Shown here piece by piece: positions 1 to 10,172 of a stretch of DNA of 64,000 nt; position 1 is the stretch's first letter; each line of letters opens with the position of its first letter. A model generated the notes under the pieces. The model was given only the letters and a program-made list of their open reading frames with translations, had not been told where the DNA came from and searched no databases. Source of the stretch: an uncultured Planctomycetota bacterium (GTDB lineage Bacteria; Planctomycetota; Planctomycetia; Isosphaerales; Isosphaeraceae); the NCBI GenBank assembly GCA_963737655.1, contig CAVTTN010000002.1, positions 2,688,001 to 2,752,000 of the forward strand, in the 5' to 3' direction. The translations under genes and the position numbers were made by a program.

Positions 1-302
1 ATCCCCCAGCCTCGCCCGGCGTCTAGACTTTCGGGAATTATGGCCCGGCTTCCCAGGAAGTCGAGGCCAAGCTCCCGCGATCCGAGGAGATCGCCGCCCC
101 TCTCCGGGTTCGCCCCGTCTCCTCCGATGGTTCATGCATGCAAACTGGGCGCCACACCGCATGGAATCGCACGATCATGGATGGAACCCCTTGCGGCATC
201 ACGAGTAAGTTCTCGGGGATGGGCGGAGCGTGGGGCGACGAGACGGGCGGACGACGCCCGCCGGCGGGGGAAATCGTTCGGCCTGGCCTCGGAGGAACCA
301 GA

Positions 303-1376
303 ATGTCACGCTTCGGGAAACTCGCCCTCGCCGTCGCGTTCCTGGCCCTGCCGGTCGCCGAGGCCCGGGCCGACGACCCGCCCGCCCCGGCCAAGGCGAA
401 AGCGAAAGCGAAGGCCAAGTCGAAGGCGCGCACCAAGACCGCGAGGAAAGCGGACGCCGACGAGCCTCCGCCGTGCGTCCACCTGGCCCGAGCGGCGGCC
501 CCCCGCCCTGCCCCTCCCCAGACGATGGAAGAATCGTTCCAGAGGATGATGGACAGCATGACGAGGAACCCGGCCGGAGGGTTCGCGGACGTCCTCCGCG
601 AGCAGGAGGCCACCGCCCTGAGCGAAATCTCGCTCACGCCGGCCGAGGAACGGCGGATCGGTCGAGACGCCCGGCGAGAATTCCTCCGCCGGGCCTCCGC
701 CAAGGGGATGCCGGTCGTGGACGACCCGGCGAGGATCAGGTATCTCCGCGAGCTGGTCGCCCGGCTTGCCGTTCGGATGAAGAACCGGGCGCGCTATCCC
801 GAGATCGACGTCACGCTCGTCCGCGCCGACGTGGCCGACGGCCAGTCGTTCCCCGGTGGATTCCTCGTCTTCACGACCGGCCTGTTCGACGAGCCGGACG
901 AGGCGAGCGTGGCGGGGGTGGTCGCCCACGAGCTCGGGCATCTCGACCGGGGGCACCTCAACGAGTATGCCCGTCGCGAAAAGCTCACGCAGACCGCCTT
1001 CCAGCCGGAGCCGGGGATGGGTATGCCCCGGCCCGACCAGTTCATGAGCCGGGGGATGGCCCTGGGGAGCCTCATGATGAACCCGTTCCGGCCCGAGCAC
1101 GAGCACGAGGCCGATTGCATGGCCGCGACCTGGCTCTACCAGGAAGGCTACGACCCGGCCGCCCTCGCCGGGTTCCTCGAACGGATCCACGAACGGAACC
1201 GAGATCGGCCCGACCCGCCGTTCCTCATGATCGCCCGGTCGCATCCCTACTCGCTCGACCGCCGAGACGCGATCCTCGATCGGCTCGCGCAGCTCCTCCG
1301 CTGGAAGCCGAGGAACGACCTGGGCCGCTACCCGAACAACCTGAGGACGCTCTCGCCCAAGCCGGCCGAGCGTTGA
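303..1376 (+). CDS. M48-family Zn metallopeptidase, secreted
   Basis: GGAGG RBS before ATG 303; signal peptide MSRFGKLALAVAFLALPVAEARA; HELGH (HExxH), EHEAD and SHP motifs typical of M48. Confidence 0.85.
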   Translation: MSRFGKLALAVAFLALPVAEARADDPPAPAKAKAKAKAKSKARTKTARKADADEPPPCVHLARAAAPRPAPPQTMEESFQRMMDSMTRNPAGGFADVLREQEATALSEISLTPAEERRIGRDARREFLRRASAKGMPVVDDPARIRYLRELVARLAVRMKNRARYPEIDVTLVRADVADGQSFPGGFLVFTTGLFDEPDEASVAGVVAHELGHLDRGHLNEYARREKLTQTAFQPEPGMGMPRPDQFMSRGMALGSLMMNPFRPEHEHEADCMAATWLYQEGYDPAALAGFLERIHERNRDRPDPPFLMIARSHPYSLDRRDAILDRLAQLLRWKPRNDLGRYPNNLRTLSPKPAER

Positions 1377-1377
1377 T

Positions 1378-1429
1378 CCATCCCCGGGTGGGACGCCCTC
1401 GAAGAGGGGGGCGTCCCACCCGGGGATGG
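1378..1429. terminator. Long perfect hairpin between convergent genes (REP-like or bidirectional terminator)
   Basis: CCATCCCCGGGTGGGACGCCC...GGGCGTCCCACCCGGGGATGG, ~21-bp inverted repeat. Confidence 0.65.
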
Positions 1430-1441
1430 GAATTCGCGCGA

Positions 1442-1669
1442 TTACTTGCTGTGGCTCTTGATCGACTCGCCGGCCTCCTCGACCTTCTCGCCGACGGCGT
1501 GGCCGACCTGGCTGGCCTTCTCCCCGGCGGTGTGGGCGGCATCCTTGGCGTGCTCGGCGGCCGAATTGGCGACCTCCTTCGCCTTGTCGCCCGCCTTGTG
1601 CGCGGCGTCCTTCACACCCTGGCCGGCTTCCTTGATCCCGTCTTTGATTTTCTCGGCGGCGTCGGACAT
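1442..1669 (-). CDS. Small hydrophilic LEA/CsbD-like Ala/Lys/Glu repeat protein
   Basis: 75 aa of ~11-residue amphipathic repeats (KDAAHKAGDKA, KDAAHTAGEKA). Confidence 0.7.
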   Translation of the reverse strand: MSDAAEKIKDGIKEAGQGVKDAAHKAGDKAKEVANSAAEHAKDAAHTAGEKASQVGHAVGEKVEEAGESIKSHSK

Positions 1670-1766
1670 GGGAGAGCCCCCTTGGCTGGAGAAACGGGAG
1701 GGACCGGCTCGGCCCCTCGTCCGTCCTGAGCGAGTGCATCTCCCATGCCACGAATTGGCCTTCGGA

Positions 1767-3233
1767 TCACGCGTTATAGGTCGTGGAGGACGTGGTTCCC
1801 CCTCGGCCGGTCCAGTTGGTGTGGAAGAACTGGCCCCTGGGGCGGTCGATCCGCTCGTAGGTGTGGGCGCCGAAGAAGTCGCGCTGGGCCTGGAGGAGGT
1901 TCGCCGGCAGGTCGGCCCGGCGGTAGCCGTCGTAATAGGCCAGCGCCGAGGTGATCGCCGGCAGGGGGATTCCGTAGGTCACGGCCGAGGCGCAGACCCT
2001 CCGCCACCCGGGCGCGGCCCGTTCGATCTCCGTCTTGAAGAACGGGTCGAGCAGGAGGTTCGGCAAGCCCGGATCGCGGTCGAAGGCGTCCTTGATCTTG
2101 CCGAGGAAGGCGCTTCGGATGATGCAGCCCCCTCGCCACATCAGGGCGACGCCCCCGTTGTTGATCTCCCAGCCCGAGTCCTTCGCCATCGCGTTCATGA
2201 GCGCGTAGCCCTGGGCATACGAGATGATCTTGCTCGCGTACAGGGCGTTCTCGATGTCGTCCACGAACGCCTGGGGATTGCCGGCGAATTTCTCGGATGG
2301 CCCGGCCAGGACCTTCGACGCTTCCACCCGTTCCTCCTTCTGGGCCGACAGGCACCGGGCGAACACGGCCTCGCCGATCAGGGTCAGCGGGACGCCCAGG
2401 TCCAGGGCCGAGGTCACGGTCCACTTGCCGGTGCCCTTCTGGCCGGCCTTGTCCAGGATCAGGTCGACCATCGGCTTGCCCGTCTCGGGGTCGGTGAAGC
2501 CGAAGATGTCTCGGGTGATCTCGATCAGGTAGCTGTCGAGGGGGCCCGTGTTCCATCGGGCGAACACGTCGTGGAGGGCCTTGGCGTCCATCTTGAGGAG
2601 GGACTTCATCAGGTCGTACGACTCGCAGATGAGCTGGATGTCGCCGTACTCGATGCCATTGTGGACCATCTTGACGTAATGGCCCGCGCCCTCGGGTCCG
2701 ACCCAGTCGCAGCAGGGGGTGCCGTCGCCGACCTTCGCGGCGATGCTCTGGAAGATCGGCTTCACGGCCGGCCACGCCTCGGCGTCCCCCCCGGGCATGA
2801 TCGAGGGGCCTTTCAAGGCCCCTTCCTCGCCTCCCGAAACGCCCGTCCCGACGAACAGGAGGCCCTTTTCCTTCAGGGCCTTGGTCCGTCGGGTGGTGTC
2901 GGGGAAGTAGCTGTTGCCGCCGTCGATCAGGATATCGCCCGGTTCGAGGAGAGGGGCCACCTCGTCGATCACGGCATCGACGGCCGAGCCCGCCTTGACC
3001 ATGATCATGACCTTCCTCGGCCTCTTCAGCGCCGCCACGAGGTCCTGGACCGTGTGGGCCCCGACGATCTTCTTGCCCAGGGCGCGGCCCTTCACGAAGT
3101 CATCGACCTTCGAGGTCGTCCGGTTGAAGACGGCCACGGTGAACCCGTGGGACTCCATGTTCAACACGAGGTTCTCGCCCATCACGGCGAGGCCGATCAA
3201 GCCAATGTCGGCGGAGGGAGAGGCGGCGGGCAT
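1767..3233 (-). CDS. gnd: 6-phosphogluconate dehydrogenase, decarboxylating (NADP-dependent)
   Basis: GLAVMGENL, SGGEEGALKGPSIMPGG, KMVHNGIEYGD, QKGTGKWT, QAQRDFFGAHTYER. Confidence 0.97.
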   Translation of the reverse strand: MPAASPSADIGLIGLAVMGENLVLNMESHGFTVAVFNRTTSKVDDFVKGRALGKKIVGAHTVQDLVAALKRPRKVMIMVKAGSAVDAVIDEVAPLLEPGDILIDGGNSYFPDTTRRTKALKEKGLLFVGTGVSGGEEGALKGPSIMPGGDAEAWPAVKPIFQSIAAKVGDGTPCCDWVGPEGAGHYVKMVHNGIEYGDIQLICESYDLMKSLLKMDAKALHDVFARWNTGPLDSYLIEITRDIFGFTDPETGKPMVDLILDKAGQKGTGKWTVTSALDLGVPLTLIGEAVFARCLSAQKEERVEASKVLAGPSEKFAGNPQAFVDDIENALYASKIISYAQGYALMNAMAKDSGWEINNGGVALMWRGGCIIRSAFLGKIKDAFDRDPGLPNLLLDPFFKTEIERAAPGWRRVCASAVTYGIPLPAITSALAYYDGYRRADLPANLLQAQRDFFGAHTYERIDRPRGQFFHTNWTGRGGTTSSTTYNA

Positions 3234-3314
3234 CTCGGGGGTCCTGGAGAGGCGGCGACGGTCCGAAACGACGGGATTCTACCAGAGCCGTCCGCGACAA
3301 TCACCCGGCCAGAC

Positions 3315-4105
3315 TCACGGCGGGGGCGGCTCTTCCAGCCGGATGACCCGATCCAGCCGGAACGTCTTCTCGACGGCCGACAGGTGGCAGAGGGCGACCA
3401 CGTAGGCCACCCCTCCGAGATGGGCGAATCGCCGAGGGGTGATCTCCCGGGGCGCCTCGCCCCGCGAACCCCCGGCGTAGACGATTCGCACCCTCCGCCG
3501 ATCGGCCATCGCCCGGGCCAGGTCGTCCCAGCCCGACGGGACCGGCCCTCCCCTCCGCGGATCGTGGATCGGATAGACGATCGCCGACGGGCCGGGGTCG
3601 ATCCCGCCGGTCAGCGCGAGGAACAGGCCCCGGACGCGGAGGCTGTCGCCCAGGGCCCGATGGGGCGCGTCCAGGGCGAGGCGGAAGTGGCCGGCGAGGG
3701 CGTCGAGCCGGTGGCTGGGCAGGTCCGGGCGGAGCTTCCGGGCCAGCGCGAGCGTGTCGAGCAATTCCAGGCCGATCGGCCCGAGTCCCAGCCTGGCAAG
3801 CTCCCGGCCGAGGAACCCGGCATCGAAGCCGGCGTGATGGGCCATCAAGCGGACGTCCGACGGATCTCCGATCCAGGCCAGGAATTCGGGCAAGACGATC
3901 TCCGCCCCCGGCGCACGGCCAGGTCCGCGTCGGAGATCCCATGAACCGCCCGGGCCCGGGGCGGCATCGGCCGCCTCGGATCGACCAGGCTCTCGAACCG
4001 CCCGAGCTCCCGACCCAACGCATCGAATTTCACCGCGCCGACCTCGACGATCCGATCCTCGATCGGCGAGAGGCCGGTGGTCTCCAGGTCCAGGGCGAGG
4101 AACAT
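3315..4105 (-). CDS. DEDDh 3'-5' exonuclease fused to a C-terminal WYL domain; apparent frameshift near 3900-3915
   Basis: ALDLETTG (ExoI) in one frame; AHHAGFD (ExoII), HRALGD (ExoIII) and WYL-like YVVALCHLSAVEKTFRLDRV in the other frame. Confidence 0.8.
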
Positions 4106-4119
4106 GGGGTCACCCGCGA

Positions 4120-5310
4120 CTAGCCGAGGAACGTCTCCAGAGCATCGAACCCCCGGCGCAGCGTTTCCAGGTCGGTGGCGAACGACATCCTCGCGTACCC
4201 CTCGGCGCCGAAGGCCGAACCCATGACCAGCGCCACGTGGGCCTCGGCCAGGGCGGTCAGGCAGAAATCGGTGGAGTCCTCGATCAACTTCCCGCCGAGG
4301 GTCTTGCCGAAGACCGATCGAATGTTCAGGAACGCATAGAACGCCCCGCCGGGAGGCAGGCACGTCACGCCGGGCAGCGTCTCGACCCTCTCCAGCACAT
4401 AAGCACGCCGCCTGGCGAACTCGGCGTGCATGAGCTTGACCGAGTCCTGGGGCCCGGTGATCGCTTCGAGGGCCGCCCACTGGCTGACGCTCCCGGGGTT
4501 GCTCGTCTCCTGGCTTTGCAGGTCCCCCATGAACTTCGCCACGGGCAGAGGGGCGACGGCCCAGCCGATCCGCCAGCCGGTCATCGCGTAGGTCTTGCTC
4601 ACGCCCGAGATCGTGACCGTGCGGTCGGCCAGGCCGGGCCGGAGCGTGGCGAAGCACGTCGGCCGGGCGTCTCCGTAGCAGAGCTGCTCATAGATCTCGT
4701 CGGAAAGGACGCCCGCGCCGGTCGTCAGGATCGCGTCGGCAAGCCCCTCCAGCTCGGCCCGCGAGTAGACCACGCCCGTCGGGTTGGACGGGCTATTGAG
4801 CATCACGAGCTTCGTCCGGGGGGTCACGGCGGCCAGGAACCGCTCGGGCGAGAGCTTGAATCCGTCCGATTCGGTCGTCTCGATCACGATCGGCTCGGCG
4901 CCGGCGAGCTTCACGAGGTCCGCGTAGCTGACCCAGTACGGCGCCGGGATGATCACTTCGTCCCCGGGCCCGCACAGGGCCATCAGGGCGTTGTGGATCG
5001 ACTGCTTGGCCCCGTTGGAGACGATCACCTGCTCGCTCTTCGTCGGCAGGCCGTGATGGTTCGTGTAGTGGTCCGCCAAAGCCTGGCGGAGTTCCGGGAT
5101 GCCGGCCGGCGGCGTGTAGTGGGTCTTTCCCTCGCGGATCGCGCGGAAGGCGGCGTCCTGGATGTTCTCGGGCGTGGGGAAATCCGGCTCGCCCAGGGCG
5201 AAATCCAGGACGGCCACCCCGCTCGCCTTGAGCCTCCGCGCCTCCGCGGCCATCGCGAGCGTCGCCGACGGCGCAATCAGTCTCGACCTCTCGGCCAGCA
5301 TCAAGCTCAT
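4120..5310 (-). CDS. PLP-dependent aminotransferase class I/II (aspartate aminotransferase-like)
   Basis: GEPDFPTP, NSPSNPTG, SDEIYE, SKTYAMTGWRIG. Confidence 0.93.
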   Translation of the reverse strand: MSLMLAERSRLIAPSATLAMAAEARRLKASGVAVLDFALGEPDFPTPENIQDAAFRAIREGKTHYTPPAGIPELRQALADHYTNHHGLPTKSEQVIVSNGAKQSIHNALMALCGPGDEVIIPAPYWVSYADLVKLAGAEPIVIETTESDGFKLSPERFLAAVTPRTKLVMLNSPSNPTGVVYSRAELEGLADAILTTGAGVLSDEIYEQLCYGDARPTCFATLRPGLADRTVTISGVSKTYAMTGWRIGWAVAPLPVAKFMGDLQSQETSNPGSVSQWAALEAITGPQDSVKLMHAEFARRRAYVLERVETLPGVTCLPPGGAFYAFLNIRSVFGKTLGGKLIEDSTDFCLTALAEAHVALVMGSAFGAEGYARMSFATDLETLRRGFDALETFLG

Positions 5311-5625
5311 GATCGACCCATGAAACGATGAAAGGCCCAACTCCCGACGCATCGAGGCGGCCGATAATAGACCTCGGGAAGTCTCCCAGGATACCACGGA
5401 CACCCCGCCTCCGTCATCGGTTCGCCGGCCCGGGACTTGCGGCCCTGGCCCACAAACCAAGCCCTACCCAGCCGAACTGCTCAGAACCCCCAAATTCGCC
5501 ATTCTTTCTTGTCTACGGGCGTTTCGTCGTTTACATTGGGTAGGACCTCCGAGACGTGGGACCGAGATGAGCAACTGGGCGTTAGACGGCCGATGGGGCA
5601 GGGACGCGAGGGCCGGGAGAGACCG

Positions 5626-6909
5626 ATGCGTCGCGTGGTGATCACCGGGATCGGAGTTGTCTCCCCCAATGGCGTGGGCCGGCGGGCCTTCTCCGAGGCG
5701 ATTGTCGAGGGGCGGTCCGGGGTCGGCCCGATCGAGAGCTTCGACGCCCGGGGCCTCAACGTGAAGATCGCCGGGGAGGTCAAGGGGTACGACGTGACCC
5801 CGTACCTCGGCGAGCACAAGAAGAACGCCCGGGCCATGAGCCGGGCGGTGGGCTTCGCCGTGGGGGCGGCGGCCCTGGCGGTCGAGGATTCCGGTTTGGA
5901 CCGCGCGAAGCTCGACCCCTCCCGGTTCGGCGTGTGCATGGGCACGGGGATCACGCCGATGGACGTGAACGAGCTGGCCGGGCCGATCGCCCGGGGCCTC
6001 GGGGGTGACGGGACGCTCGACCTCGGCCGGTTCGCCTCGGCCCGGTCCGAGAGCATGGACCCTCTCTGGCTCCTGAAGCACCTGCCGAACATGGCCGCCT
6101 CGCACCTCTCGATCCTCCACGGCGCGATGGGGCCGAACAACACGATCGTGACGGCCTGCGCCGCCGGGACCCAGGCCGTCGGCGAGGCGTTCCGCCTGAT
6201 CGGCCGGGGCGACGCCGACGTGATGCTCGCCGGGGGCTGCGACAGCCGGATCGACCCGTTGATGATCGTGGCCTATCAGGCCATGAGCGCCCTGAGCCGC
6301 TCGACCCGAGAGCCCAGCGAGGTCTCCCGCCCATTCGACGGCGAGAGGACCGGGTTCGTCCTGGGCGAGGGGGCCGCCGTCTTGATTCTGGAGAGCTACC
6401 AGAGGGCCCGCCGCCGCAAGGCGACGATCTACGCCGAGGTCACCGGCTATGGTTCCTCGTTCGACGCCTACGGCCTGACCCGGCCCGAGCCCGACGGCAA
6501 GGGCGCGGCCCTGTCGATGAGATCGGCGCTGAAGGAGGCGAGGCTCGACCCGGCGGACGTCGATTACATCAACGCGCACGGCACCAGCACCCGCCTGAAC
6601 GACATCATGGAGACCGTGGCCGTGAAGCGGGTCTTCGGCCACCGGGCCCCGAAGATCCCGATGTCGTCGCAGAAGTCGATGGTCGGGCACCTGATCGGCG
6701 CCTCCGGGGCCCTGGAAGCCGCCGCGACCGCCCTTTCGCTCGAACGAGGGGTGATCCCTCCGACGATCAATCAGGACGTCCGCGACCCGGCCTGCGACCT
6801 CGATTACGTCCCGAACACGGCGAGGGAAAAGCCGTTGCGGACGGCCCTCTCCAACAGCTTCGGGTTCGGCGGCCAGAACGCCAGCCTGGTGATGGCCCGG
6901 GTCGGATGA
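5626..6909 (+). CDS. fabF: Beta-ketoacyl-ACP synthase II family protein
   Basis: RRVVITGIG start; catalytic TACAAG, NAHGTST, GHLIGASG; SNSFGFGGQN. Confidence 0.9.
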   Translation: MRRVVITGIGVVSPNGVGRRAFSEAIVEGRSGVGPIESFDARGLNVKIAGEVKGYDVTPYLGEHKKNARAMSRAVGFAVGAAALAVEDSGLDRAKLDPSRFGVCMGTGITPMDVNELAGPIARGLGGDGTLDLGRFASARSESMDPLWLLKHLPNMAASHLSILHGAMGPNNTIVTACAAGTQAVGEAFRLIGRGDADVMLAGGCDSRIDPLMIVAYQAMSALSRSTREPSEVSRPFDGERTGFVLGEGAAVLILESYQRARRRKATIYAEVTGYGSSFDAYGLTRPEPDGKGAALSMRSALKEARLDPADVDYINAHGTSTRLNDIMETVAVKRVFGHRAPKIPMSSQKSMVGHLIGASGALEAAATALSLERGVIPPTINQDVRDPACDLDYVPNTAREKPLRTALSNSFGFGGQNASLVMARVG

Positions 6910-6978
6910 GCTAGCGGGCGGGGGCCGCGCCGGGGTATCCTGGTCGCTTTCGTTTCCGAAGCCCCGGAGCCCCCGCCG

Positions 6979-7116
6979 ATGCCCCGCACGAACCCGAGGA
7001 AAGTCGCCCGCCGCCGCCGGTTCCAGGCCCTCCGCGACAAGACCCGCAAGATCCTGGCGGAGAAGGCCCCGCAGGCCGCGTCTTCGGAGACGGAAACGGC
7101 GCCGGCCAGGTCCTGA
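6979..7116 (+). CDS. Small basic protein, 45 aa (absent from the ORF track)
   Basis: GGAG RBS; MPRTNPRKVARRRRFQALRDKTRKILAEKAPQAASSETETAPARS; GC3-rich codons. Confidence 0.55.
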   Translation: MPRTNPRKVARRRRFQALRDKTRKILAEKAPQAASSETETAPARS

Positions 7117-7449
7117 CCCGTCCGGTGGGCGTGCTCACGAACGCGTGAGCATGCCGCCCGGGAGGAATCCGCGGCCCCGCCGCTTTCCTCGCCGGCTCGC
7201 GAGGGTCCTGGCTTCACCTCCGGCCCGGTTTGCGACGCCTCCCGGCCGGTCGCATTCCGATCTTGACGATAATCGCCGAATCCCGTAGGACTTCCGGCCG
7301 AGGACGGCCCGGAAGCCCCCTCGCGGAGCGGGGCCCGGCATGGGCCGTGCTTTGAAGGAGAGACGTGTCCGACGACGGGCCGCGAGACGGCCTCCCCAAT
7401 CCGGGAGGGCCCGGCCCCAGGACACCGAGCGAGCGAAGGAGCATCCGCC

Positions 7450-7797
7450 ATGAAGACGATCGTCAAGACGATGGCCCTGGCCGGCGCGGTCGTGGCCGGC
7501 ACCCTGGCCTTCGGGGCCTCTCCGGCGAAGGCCCAGGGCTTCGGCCTGGGGATCAACACCCCCGGCCTCTCGATCGGTGTCGGCCGAGGCGCCTACGGGG
7601 GCTACGGTTACGGCTATGGCGCCCCGTATTACGGCGGCTATCCCTACGCCGCCCCCGTCGTCGTCGCCCCCGCCCCGGTGATCGTGCCCCGGCCGATCGT
7701 CGTCCCCAGACCCTACTACCGAGGCGGCTATCGCCCGGCGTATGGGCCGTATCGAGGCGGCTACGGCAACGGACCTTATCGCCACCACTATCGTTGA
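7450..7797 (+). CDS. Small secreted Gly/Tyr/Pro-rich protein
   Basis: AAGGAG RBS; signal peptide ending AKA; GYGYG and YYRGGYRP low-complexity body. Confidence 0.8.
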   Translation: MKTIVKTMALAGAVVAGTLAFGASPAKAQGFGLGINTPGLSIGVGRGAYGGYGYGYGAPYYGGYPYAAPVVVAPAPVIVPRPIVVPRPYYRGGYRPAYGPYRGGYGNGPYRHHYR

Positions 7798-7825
7798 TCG
7801 ATTCTGGTTCCGATGCTGGGACAAG

Positions 7826-7892
7826 ACGGGGGGGAATGGTGTCGGATCATCCTTCGGGGCGCCAAAGGATGATCCGACACCATTCCCCCCGT
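7826..7892. repeat. Long inverted repeat (REP-like or terminator hairpin)
   Basis: GGGGGGAATGGTGTCGGATCATCCTT...AAGGATGATCCGACACCATTCCCCCC. Confidence 0.7.
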
Positions 7893-8099
7893 TCTCCATG
7901 ATGTTCAGCCGATGAATCCCGGATGAAGTATTGATTGACGCCATGGTGACCCACCGATAGTATGGGAATGGAGAATTCCAGGAGGGATCTCCGAGGCCAG
8001 CCCCGGCCGTTGTCTGGATTTCGCCCCGCCGCTTGCCTCCTCTCTCTCCCTCCTTTCGTCGGACATCGCTCGTCACGTCCTCCCCGGAGGCCCTCGGCC

Positions 8100-10008
8100 A
8101 TGAGTCTCTCGACGTCCCCATTCGGGCGGATCGGCGGGGGCCGCCCCGCCCTGCGCGTGGCCCTGGCGCTTGGCCTCCTTGGATTCGCGGCCGCCTCTCC
8201 AGGTGGCGAGCCCGACCCGAAGACGTACTGGGACGTCAAGGACGTCCGGCCCGGGATGAAGGGCGTGGGGCAGACGGTGATGGTCGGCACGAAGCTGGAG
8301 GAGTTCCGCGTCGAGATCCTCGGGGTGATGAAGGACGTGAGCCCCGGCCGAGACATGGTCCTGGCCCGGCTCAGCGGCTGCAACCTGGAGCACTCCGGGA
8401 TCATCCAGGGGATGAGCGGCAGCCCGGTCTATATCGATGGAAAACTCCTCGGCGCCGTGGCTTACGGCTGGGAGTTCGCCAAGGACCCGATCGCCGGGAT
8501 CACGCCGTTCTCGCAGATGGTCCAGTACGTCCGCTCCAATGACAAGAAGCTCGCCGCCGAGGCCCGCGAGGGTGCCCCCGCCGTGGCCTCGGCCGAGCCG
8601 GTCAAGCTGGAGGAGCCGTGGGAACTGGACCGGATTCCGTCGGTCGGGTCGTCCTCGGGATTCGCTCCCGGAGCGGTGTCCGGCGGCGGCCTGGCCGGGA
8701 TGAGGCCGATCGCAACGCCTCTGGCCGCTTCGGGTTTCTCCCCCCGGAGCCTGGCGCTGCTGGCCGAGAAGCTCGGCCCGCTCGGGATGGCCCCGATGGC
8801 CGGAGGAGCGGCCCAGGAGGACGTGATCCAGAAGGAGGGGGACCGCCCCCTCGGGCCCGGCTCGCCGCTGAGCGTGGCGATGGTCACCGGCGATTTCGAC
8901 CTCTCCGGCATCGGGACCGTCACCCACGTCGAGGGCAACCGCGTCTACGGCTTCGGCCACCCGATGATGGGCCTGGGCTCGTGCGAGCTGCCGATGATGA
9001 CCGGATACATCCACACGGTCTACCCCCGGGCCTCGGTCAGCATGAAGATGGGGTCGCCGCTCAAGACCGTCGGCGTGCTGGACACCGACGTCAGCACGGC
9101 CGTGGCCGGTCGAGTCGGCCCGAAGCCCGACATGCTCCCCATGACCGTCAAGGCCAAGGTCGGCCGCTACTCCGACCCTCGCACGTACAACGTGAAGATC
9201 GTCCGGGAGCCGAACCTCCTGCCGATGATGGTCATGAGCGTCCTGACCAACGCCATCGACACCGAGGGGAACCTGCCCGACGAGCTCGACGGCGCGGTTC
9301 TCGGCCACGATCTACCTGAAGGACCATCCGCCGATCGAGGTCCGGGACACCCTGAGCGGCCCGAGGTACTCCGGGGCGATGGGCCCGTCGATGCTGTTCA
9401 GCCCGGTGGCGAACCTGGTCAACATCCTCGTCCGCAACCCGATGGCGGCGATCCGGATCGAGCGGATCGAATGCGAGGTGGACGTCACGGCCGGCCGGAA
9501 GCTCGCGGAGGTCGAGGCCATCCGGCTGCATTCGGACCGCCTCGAACCGGGCCAATCGCTGAAGGCCGAGGTCACGATCAAGCCGTTCAAGGGGGAGCGG
9601 GAGACGGTGACCCTGGAATTGGGGCTCCCGCCCGACCTGCCCGAGGGGACGTATGAGGCGGCCCTCTGCGACGCCTCGAACAGCCTCCGCCGCCGGTTCC
9701 GCAACGAGCCCCACCTGCTGGAGCCTCGCGACCTGGACGGCGTGCTGCGGGTCGTCCGCCTGAACACATCCCCCAAACGGACCTCGCTCTACCTCCACGT
9801 CCCGAAGCCCGACCGAGGGCTGGCCGTCGAGGGCGAGGCCCTGCCCAGCCTGCCCGGGAGCGTCCGGGCGGCCTTCGGAGGCTCGAAGAAGACGCCCCAG
9901 GCCCCGGTCCGCGAAGACCTGATCGCGGAGACCGAGACGCCCTGGGTCGTCGAGGGGACGCAATCGGTGCGGTTCACCGTCGTCCGCGACGCCGAGCTCG
10001 CCAGATAG
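8100..10008 (+). CDS. SpoIVB peptidase S55 domain protein; apparent frameshift near 9288
   Basis: GIIQGMSGSPVYIDGKLLGAVAYG and YGFGHPM; coding-like sequence continues in the frame of ORF 9379..10008. Confidence 0.85.
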
Positions 10009-10172
10009 GCGCTCCGCGAAACGCGAGAACGGGGCCCGGGAGGAGCGCCACGCCTCGAAGTGGGTCGGTGACGATTTTGTGATTTCTCGCCATCATTACG
10101 GAGTCCTGACGAAATCCTCTTCGGAAGCTGCTACGGTCTTCACGACCCCTCCCCACCCAGGAGCCGACCGCC

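Noticed and set aside
1446..3944. 832-aa ORF and the many other long overlapping Arg/Pro/Gly-rich ORFs (e.g. 24667..26883, 29972..32014, 56873..59410)
   Set aside because: Alternative-frame or antisense artefacts over clearly identifiable genes.
6911..7138. Minus-strand 75-aa ORF after fabF
   Set aside because: Composition is not protein-like; the plus-strand 45-aa ORF has an RBS and better codon usage.
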